From an uncultured Desulfurococcales archaeon (GTDB lineage: Archaea; Thermoproteota; Thermoprotei_A; CAZTBM01; SZUA-1508): DNA of 64,000 nt. A program made the position numbers and the translations under genes. The notes below the pieces were generated by a model. That model ran no database searches, was not told the origin of the DNA, and worked only from the letters and a program-made list of their open reading frames with translations. How positions within the stretch are numbered: position 1 is the stretch's first letter; each line of letters begins with the position of its first letter. Where the stretch lies: positions 12,403 to 76,402 of the forward strand of contig CAZTBM010000005.1 in assembly GCA_964611985.1 (NCBI GenBank), given 5' to 3'. Positions 58,501 through 64,000 of the stretch are shown here, in pieces.

Positions 58501-59936
58501 CTATTGAATGTTTAGAGGAGGACGAAGACAAACTATACGTTGATGGAAGAACCACTATTAAGGAATTAGTTAAAGCATATGGTATAAGAAATGTAGCTAA
58601 ACTGCTTAGAGTGCCCGAACATTCTATTAAGGATTGGGCTATTAGATCCTATATGCCATATATTATCTATAAGAAGTTAAAAGACGCCAACAATAAGGTA
58701 ATGGTTAAATATGGTGCAAAGGGTAGAAATGCCATCCCATCAATCTTAGAATTAAATAGAGACTTAGGTTTTATTATAGGGTTATATCTTGCTGAGGGAA
58801 CAGTAAGTGGAGTTAAAGTAGTTTATAATCTAGGTAAAGACGAAGAAAAGCTAGCTAAAAGAGTTAAAGAAAATTTGGAAAGGATATTTAGCTTAAAGCC
58901 TAAAATTAAAAGGGATAAATCAGCAATAATAGTCTATGTTAATTCTAAGATACTTGCTAAGTTATTTAAGAAGCTATTTGGAAGTAGAGCAGAAGATAAA
59001 GATATACCAGATTTCCTCCTTAACACACCTAAGGGCTTTAGAGCTGGTATAATAGAGGGATATTGGCTTGGTGACGGCCACATAAGAAGACATGGTTCTA
59101 AAACATACATGGCAGTAGCTGAAACGGCCTCAAAGAGCTTAGCATACAAAGTACATTACCTCTTAAAAACGCTGGAAATAGATAGTTCTGTAAGAAGCAT
59201 AAAGAGGACAAGTACAAATAAGCTTTATAAAAGACCTCATTATATAATAAGGATACATGGTGGGAAGAGCTTAAGCAACTTTATCAGTATATTTGATTTA
59301 GAAAAACCTAGAACAGGCTTGACTAAAGCCGAGCTACTATCTGGGAGTAAAACTAAACCCCCTGATACTCTCTTAGATGTTGTAACCGAAGCCGAGATAT
59401 ACTCATCTACTGATCCTGCATATGATATTGAGATCGAAGGAAACCATACATTCGTTCATGGATGTTCTATGATAACACATAACTGCACATTTCATGGTGA
59501 TTCTCTTGAAAGTATGGTTATGAGGTTAACAACACCACCAATAAATGTTCCAATATCGTTCCTTCCACTCGTTAGCAACGTGATTATAACGAGGTATATT
59601 AGAATACCTGGTGAGAAGCCTATGAGGAGAGTTGTAAAGGTATATGAGATAACAGGGTTAAAGAGTGCTAGTGAACTAGAGTATAAAGTCATTTTCGAAT
59701 GGAACATTTTAGAAGATAAACACTATCCGGACACTCCAGAGGAGGTTGTTAAAAAGAGCGAGAAACTTCAACGAGTAGCAATGCTCTTAGGATGGACGGA
59801 GGATCTTCTTCTAGAAGAGTTAGAGCGTAGAAGAAAATTACTCGAGAAGCTAGTTGAAGAGAATAAACTATCATATAATGAAGTCACCTTAGCAATTCAA
59901 AATTATTATAAGGAGGTTTGGAAGCCATTGCAATAA
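55575..59936 (+). CDS. FlaI/ArlI-VirB11-type type II/IV secretion (pilus assembly) ATPase carrying two inteins
   Basis: Exteins (517 aa) assemble to IVGEMASGK|TTLMNALL (Walker A), ATVIAIGEIRGEEA (Walker B) and IASGHGGV|CTFHGDS (His box). The gene lies between pilin-like and FlaJ-like genes. Confidence 0.9.
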   Translation: MIASFKKKSASEKVIRKGIKLISLGITSRLRKVVEEGEKLSSYNIGISRVDIYEYEGRGYYIINEPSLTQEEISAYYRIMDELYFSLKPIVEVDPSKVIDEVFKVIGKVYKNIDINKIKYYVIRDTLGYGPLDVVMNDPKIEDISGEGVNRPIRVFHRDFSYLDWLITNIIFETEEDADRIALLLAHKARRHVSTAFPIAEGTLPEKHRIVITYGFEVTPFGSGFTVRKFREEPLSIAHLIKFGTISPLMAAYWWIIFENKGSAFIVGEMASGKSVHPKSVIMALIDGVPRILTIEELWNLVQEKVKTINKVNEMEYIDLEGLDIKVLALNGLNISWYKPRYIIRHKAPEKLVKIKLYSGRKIIVTEDHSLLAFKPNGSIEVIKPQNLSKEMYLLGIKRLRLPTIDKHLLLQEIIESLGKQGLMFKIKGLKKKIAYREILKILNSDAVKISDIYVTSINTKTQVPLEALFKPEFGYLLGLFVSKGYDDGQEVHLYIEFQSKELKSKLENITNSLKLKYNEYKLKTCLRVSFPPVISKVIRAFNCGKKACNKRIPSIAWIMDYKWIIHLIAGIIDGDGYVSERGIEVTISSENLAYDMMYAFTILGIYPTLRVKVNNETKKKYHTIYVSTYWIDELKELLHILLTTKRSKLLKGVKERAIFHSEIDIIPKESLYVLSKKAPREIQMCLRGLYYSNENASRKNLMKYYNILPKEIKELVNSDLIFEKIKEIEIVENDNKYVYDIEVPGIENFEVNTIFVHNTTLMNALLSLLPPNAKIVTIEDTPELRLPHIGWKPLVARHTYTLTGSKVTEVSLFDLVKLALRERATVIAIGEIRGEEAYVFIQAIASGHGGVCLKHGEPIIIKENGIVRIVPIGKLVDNILSNGKKIGDIKVLTFNPMKGLEWKHLKRVYRVEGLKTWVKIKTVEGRICEVTSDHIIPVVENNKVKFKKAIEIRKGDTILLASKLPMEPKYNTLNAIECLEEDEDKLYVDGRTTIKELVKAYGIRNVAKLLRVPEHSIKDWAIRSYMPYIIYKKLKDANNKVMVKYGAKGRNAIPSILELNRDLGFIIGLYLAEGTVSGVKVVYNLGKDEEKLAKRVKENLERIFSLKPKIKRDKSAIIVYVNSKILAKLFKKLFGSRAEDKDIPDFLLNTPKGFRAGIIEGYWLGDGHIRRHGSKTYMAVAETASKSLAYKVHYLLKTLEIDSSVRSIKRTSTNKLYKRPHYIIRIHGGKSLSNFISIFDLEKPRTGLTKAELLSGSKTKPPDTLLDVVTEAEIYSSTDPAYDIEIEGNHTFVHGCSMITHNCTFHGDSLESMVMRLTTPPINVPISFLPLVSNVIITRYIRIPGEKPMRRVVKVYEITGLKSASELEYKVIFEWNILEDKHYPDTPEEVVKKSEKLQRVAMLLGWTEDLLLEELERRRKLLEKLVEENKLSYNEVTLAIQNYYKEVWKPLQ
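56397..57851 (+). mobile_element. intein 1 (485 aa, Ser1, LAGLIDADG) inserted in the Walker A P-loop
   Basis: It starts SVHPKSVIMALIDG right after GK and ends NTIFVHN, followed by Thr+1. Endonuclease motifs LLGLFVSKGYDDG and LIAGIIDGDGYV. Confidence 0.85.
58131..59483 (+). mobile_element. intein 2 (451 aa, Cys1, LAGLIDADG) inserted in the His-box region
   Basis: It starts CLKHGEPIII and ends CSMITHN, followed by Cys+1. Endonuclease motifs IIGLYLAEGTV and IIEGYWLGDGHI. Confidence 0.85.
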
Positions 59937-61897
59937 CGTTTAGAATACGGCTAATTCTATTCCTAATTATTAGCTTCGTATTATCTCTATTTGAGGTAAT
60001 CTTTGCCCTAAGAATTAGGAATCTCTTGTTTATAATAGTCAGTCTTATTGGACTTGCATTATTCTTGCCTATACTTGCAACAATATTAGCCTTATGGGAG
60101 GAAATATGGATACAAGTAATTAAGAGCTTTAAAAAGGAAAGGCCGAGAAGAGAGCTTCCACCTTTAAATAGGATTTCATCAAGCATTACACTACGTAGAA
60201 TCAGTAATTTACCGGTATTTAGGAGTATCATAGGATTTTTAGCTAAAAGACTTAGAGAAGATGCATTAAAAGCAGGAGTATACACTCATATTGAGGCTTT
60301 ACTAGCTTTGATTCTACACATAACCTTAATAATGGTATTAACGACAATTACAAGTATACTAATATTAATCTACATACCATTAATACCATTAGTTCTAAAG
60401 AACATACTAACTCTCCTTTCATTCATACTCCCTATTGCTTCTCTAATTATGTTACTCTCCCCCTTCCTTTACGTTCAAATAAAAAAAGTAAATAGAGTTG
60501 GCGAAATAGAAGACGAACTACCATTCTTTACAGTTTATGCCTCAATAATTCAAGAGGTAGGTCTAAGTCTATATCAAGCCTTTGAAAGAATAATAAATAA
60601 GGGAATATTCAAGGTTCTAGAGGTTGAGGCAAAACACGTTATTAGATTATTTACCTTCTTCATTCATAGCCCTCTTGAGTCGCTAGATGAATATGCTAAT
60701 TTTAACCCTAATAGTACATTAAAGAATATGATTAAAGGGTATAGTAGTATACTTAAGAGCGGTGGTGAAGCATCAAAATACCTTGAGGAGTATAGTGAAA
60801 AACTACTAGAAAAGCATGTAAATAAATGGAAAAATTATGTTCAGACAATTACAACGTTTGGCGAGATAATTATAGCTATATTCACTTTATTTCCTACATT
60901 ATTTATTCTTGGTGCTATAGCCTTTAGCCAGCCATTAAGTAAACTTTTCATAATACTGTATACTGCTGTAGGAGTGCCAGCAATAACCATAATAATGTAC
61001 GCTTTAATAAATCAGTTTCAACCTAGAAGTAGGAACAACATGAGAGTTCCAGTCAAAGCGTTACTCATCGGTATAGTATTGTTTATAGGTACATATTATT
61101 TACTAAGTAATATACTGGTCTTAAAAGACCAGTTAACTATAATTGTTCTCTCATTAATATCATTCATAACTCCGGTAACAATAGCCTCAAGAATAATACT
61201 TTACGAGATTAAATCTATTGAGCATGCTCTACCTCAATTCCTACGTGACGTCACAGAATATATTAAGATAGGATATGATATCACTCAGGCTATTGAGAGA
61301 ATAGCTGAAACACGAAGCTATAATAGATTATTTGATAACATCGTTAGAACCATAAGTCGTTTACTAAAAATGAACGTACCTTTCCCTATTATCGCTGAGT
61401 CCATCGAAACAAGATGCTGGATGCTTAAGTACTCTCTTTTCATAATCTCAGAGCTTGCAACAGTAGGCGCTCTTACACCTAAACCTCTAGAAAGACTATG
61501 TCTCGCCATTGATAAGGCGTTACGCTCAAAGTATGAGGCAAGAGCATCCTTAACTACATACTCCTTCCTAGCATATTTTACACCATTATTTTTAGCTATT
61601 TTAGTATACTTCACATCAAATATAGTACTAGGTATAACAGGATTCGTTGGCGGAGTATCCTTTATTAATGTAAAATTGATTAAAGAAATAGTCTACTTAA
61701 CCAACATCTTAACTATAACTATAGCGGTAGCTCTAGGTATTTTACTGGCTAAACTTAAAGACCAATCACTGTCAAGTACCTTTCATTTACTTGTAATTCT
61801 TGCCCTAACCCTTTTAGCTTTAAAAGTACCAGAGATACTAACATTTCAGCTATTACCATTACCTAAATTTACACCTAGAAAGATAATAACCCCGTAA
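59918..61897 (+). CDS. FlaJ/ArlJ-TadC-like polytopic membrane platform protein
   Basis: 659 aa with multiple TM helices around two cytoplasmic T2SSF-like domains. It overlaps the ATPase gene by 19 nt. Confidence 0.75.
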   Translation: MEAIAITFRIRLILFLIISFVLSLFEVIFALRIRNLLFIIVSLIGLALFLPILATILALWEEIWIQVIKSFKKERPRRELPPLNRISSSITLRRISNLPVFRSIIGFLAKRLREDALKAGVYTHIEALLALILHITLIMVLTTITSILILIYIPLIPLVLKNILTLLSFILPIASLIMLLSPFLYVQIKKVNRVGEIEDELPFFTVYASIIQEVGLSLYQAFERIINKGIFKVLEVEAKHVIRLFTFFIHSPLESLDEYANFNPNSTLKNMIKGYSSILKSGGEASKYLEEYSEKLLEKHVNKWKNYVQTITTFGEIIIAIFTLFPTLFILGAIAFSQPLSKLFIILYTAVGVPAITIIMYALINQFQPRSRNNMRVPVKALLIGIVLFIGTYYLLSNILVLKDQLTIIVLSLISFITPVTIASRIILYEIKSIEHALPQFLRDVTEYIKIGYDITQAIERIAETRSYNRLFDNIVRTISRLLKMNVPFPIIAESIETRCWMLKYSLFIISELATVGALTPKPLERLCLAIDKALRSKYEARASLTTYSFLAYFTPLFLAILVYFTSNIVLGITGFVGGVSFINVKLIKEIVYLTNILTITIAVALGILLAKLKDQSLSSTFHLLVILALTLLALKVPEILTFQLLPLPKFTPRKIITP

Positions 61898-61925
61898 AAT
61901 AGAACTATACTAACTCACATTGTAA

Positions 61926-63374
61926 TCACTTTATTATCTTAACTTTACTTTCAAAATAACCTACTATACTATAGGATATTAGTGAAAATAATAAAACTAA
62001 AAGGCTACTTGGAATACCCAAGATGCTAACCTTTAACACTAATAGCACAAACGCTGTTATGAATCCCACAATTATGGTTGTTAGTGCACAATATTTTTCT
62101 CCAACTTCTGTTAGTACACCACCAATAAATAATATGGCAAAGGGTAAGAGCATTGTTGAAGATGCTACAGCTAGGTCTACTATAAAACCTGGTTTTATAT
62201 AAGCGAATAGCGCTGCAATGGAGCATATTACTATTAACACAAGCTTACCTATTGTTATCTCTTTTTTCGGATCTCCATTAATTAACTTATGGTATACATC
62301 TCTTGATATCATAGAGCTTAAGGTTAAAGCTATAGAATCTATTGTTGTAATCGCCGCCGCCAATATCGATACTCCTACTATGACTGATAGTACCATTGGT
62401 ATCTCTTGAACTGTTAGGAGTGTTGGAGTAACTAAATTCCAGTTACTTCTCTTGCTGATGTCAATTTTTGCAAATATTCCTATTTCGCTAGATCCTCGTA
62501 ACATTATACCTAGAATGGTTGTCAAAATAGTGTATAAGAGGCCGAAAATAGCAAAACCTAAGACCATACTCTTATAAGCCTTAAAGTTCTTTGGAATAAA
62601 CACTCTCTGAACAACTTGAGGGTTACTCATGGCGAAGAATATCCATGGTATAGTGTAAGCTATAAATACTGTAGGAGTCCAGAAACTATTGGGGAACTTT
62701 ACAACTTCATGATTTACTCTTACCAGATAATCTATAGTATTCCCTGACCAGATGTAAACCCAAACGACTATTGCTATTGCTGAGGAGAGCATTATTATAC
62801 CTTGGAAAGCGTCAGTCCAAGCAATACCTCTTAGTCCTCCTATTAAACTCCATATAATTGATAAGATTGTTGCAATTATCACCGCCACCATATAGGGTAT
62901 GGTGCCATTACTCGTTCTTTCTAAGATCAGAGAAGGACCTATTATTTGAATCGAGGCATATGGTATTAAGGCTACTAACATTATTATAGCGGCTATAGCA
63001 CCTACAATTTTGCCTTTGTAACGTTCTGAAAGGTACTCTGCTGGAGAGACATACCTCTTAATTCTACATTTACTCCATAGTAATGGTCCTATGAATGATA
63101 GTAGGATAAGTGTAGAAACAAGGTATGCTAACTCAAAGCCTAAAGCACCAATACCAGTAGCGTAAGCTAGCCCTACAAGTCCTATCATCATGAAAGCACT
63201 ATATGTTGTTGCAGCATATGTCAATGCAGATACGATACCACTAATGTTATGTGATGCTATAAAGTAATCTATAGGGTCACCCTTCTTTAAAAGCCTCCTA
63301 GAAGACACAACAATAGCAGTTCCTATAATTATGTACAAAGATAGTATAAGGTAAGGTAGTATCATTATCTCCAC
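61926..63374 (-). CDS. sodium:solute symporter family (SSF) transporter
   Basis: 482 aa and about 13 TM helices; the GGLRGIAWTDAFQGIIM motif is typical of SSF. The start is likely the ATG at 63365. Confidence 0.85.
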   Translation of the reverse strand: MEIMILPYLILSLYIIIGTAIVVSSRRLLKKGDPIDYFIASHNISGIVSALTYAATTYSAFMMIGLVGLAYATGIGALGFELAYLVSTLILLSFIGPLLWSKCRIKRYVSPAEYLSERYKGKIVGAIAAIIMLVALIPYASIQIIGPSLILERTSNGTIPYMVAVIIATILSIIWSLIGGLRGIAWTDAFQGIIMLSSAIAIVVWVYIWSGNTIDYLVRVNHEVVKFPNSFWTPTVFIAYTIPWIFFAMSNPQVVQRVFIPKNFKAYKSMVLGFAIFGLLYTILTTILGIMLRGSSEIGIFAKIDISKRSNWNLVTPTLLTVQEIPMVLSVIVGVSILAAAITTIDSIALTLSSMISRDVYHKLINGDPKKEITIGKLVLIVICSIAALFAYIKPGFIVDLAVASSTMLLPFAILFIGGVLTEVGEKYCALTTIIVGFITAFVLLVLKVSILGIPSSLLVLLFSLISYSIVGYFESKVKIIK

Positions 63375-63535
63375 TCACTTTCAAATTTTCTTAGAATTTT
63401 ATACGCCAATACCATCTGGACTACTGTTAGGATGCACCAATAAACATAAGGTAATAGAGGATAAGCTTGAATTATAAATGGAAGCATGTAAAATAACAAT
63501 AAGACCAGTATACTAGTTATAGCATAGATCTTCAC
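63365..63535 (-). CDS. small two-TM membrane protein upstream of the SSF transporter (DUF3311/YhdT-like position)
   Basis: 56-aa ORF below the track cutoff, from a GTG start: KIYAITSILVLLLFYMLPFIIQAYPLLPYVYWCILTVVQMVLAYKILRKFESEWR. Its stop overlaps the transporter start region. Confidence 0.4.
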   Translation of the reverse strand: MKIYAITSILVLLLFYMLPFIIQAYPLLPYVYWCILTVVQMVLAYKILRKFESEWR

Positions 63536-63695
63536 TATTTTCCACCGAACAAATGTTCGTTTATTAATGAAATAAAAACTTTACTATAATTAAGTGTACT
63601 ATTATCCACACTCTTGGCTTCAATCAGTAAATTATAATGTAGTAAGCGGTAACTTATTAAGCGAGGTACTATCTATATGATATACCTGAAGAGCA

Positions 63696-64000
63696 TTGCA
63701 AACGCTAGAAGAGTTATTACTAAAAATCCTTGAGAAAGCAGGCGAAGAGGGTATTCCACAATCTGAGTTGTCAAGAATCACAGGCTACTCACGTAGCTAT
63801 ATTACTGAGACCATAAAACGTTTAGAAGCTAAAGGTATAGTTAGAAGATTAAGAATAGGCAAAAGAAGCTATATAGTTAAATTATCTAGGTATATTAAAA
63901 TACCCAGAGTACAGTCTTATTTAAAACTCGGAATTTTAAGAGCAAGCGAGTACATATACTTACCTCTCTTCCGCAAATACCTAAGAGATGTAGGGCTAAA
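63696..64000 (+). CDS. wHTH (MarR/ArsR-like) protein, N-terminal part only (runs off the window end)
   Basis: Open frame from a TTG start: QTLEELLLKILEKAGEEGIPQSELSRITGYSRSYITETIKRLEAKGIVRR... Confidence 0.45.
   Translation, partial: MQTLEELLLKILEKAGEEGIPQSELSRITGYSRSYITETIKRLEAKGIVRRLRIGKRSYIVKLSRYIKIPRVQSYLKLGILRASEYIYLPLFRKYLRDVGL

Noticed and set aside
59884-60285. 133-aa minus-strand ORF
   Set aside because: It is antisense to the start of the FlaJ-like gene, and the plus-strand frame has coherent TM topology.
54687-61897. Interpretation as an archaellum (fla/arl) operon
   Set aside because: No archaellin, FlaH or FlaX/CDE genes are present. Only the ATPase, the platform protein and two small pilin-like genes are found.

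Overview
AT-rich chromosomal segment from a hyperthermophilic crenarchaeon (Desulfurococcales/Sulfolobales-like; finer placement is not possible from sequence alone). Lineage markers are reverse gyrase, Alba, TBP, a short helicase-less XPF, RIO2 kinase, a TIP49/RuvB-like AAA+ protein, a tRNA-Lys(CUU) with two introns, and several 12-nt-spacer C/D box sRNAs. Housekeeping content includes an ABC importer whose binding protein has a poly-Thr stalk, TatD-like and amidohydrolase enzymes, MoaB, NfeD, adenylate kinase, nicotinate phosphoribosyltransferase, CTP synthase, 3-hexulose-6-phosphate synthase, and Nramp-like and sodium:solute transporters. Six items deserve a second look. (1) A type IV pilus/secretion locus whose FlaI/VirB11-type ATPase carries two LAGLIDADG inteins, one in the P-loop and one in the His-box. 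(2) A free-standing, apparently splicing-dead intein ORF about 45 kb away that still has vestigial extein codons resembling that same P-loop site. (3) A ~1.35 kb element bounded by inverted repeats, encoding a ribbon-helix-helix protein and a zinc-finger-less TnpB-like protein, which splits a SAM methyltransferase gene just upstream of a DUF1998 helicase. (4) A three-gene operon headed by a 148-aa minimal GGDEF/Cas10-palm-like protein. (5) A stand-alone NurA-HerA pair followed by an 8-Cys zinc-ribbon ORF. (6) A surface protein built from an 819-bp tandem duplication plus a coiled-coil stalk. No CRISPR array, rRNA gene or cas gene was seen. All functional calls rest on motif recognition by eye; no database search was run.
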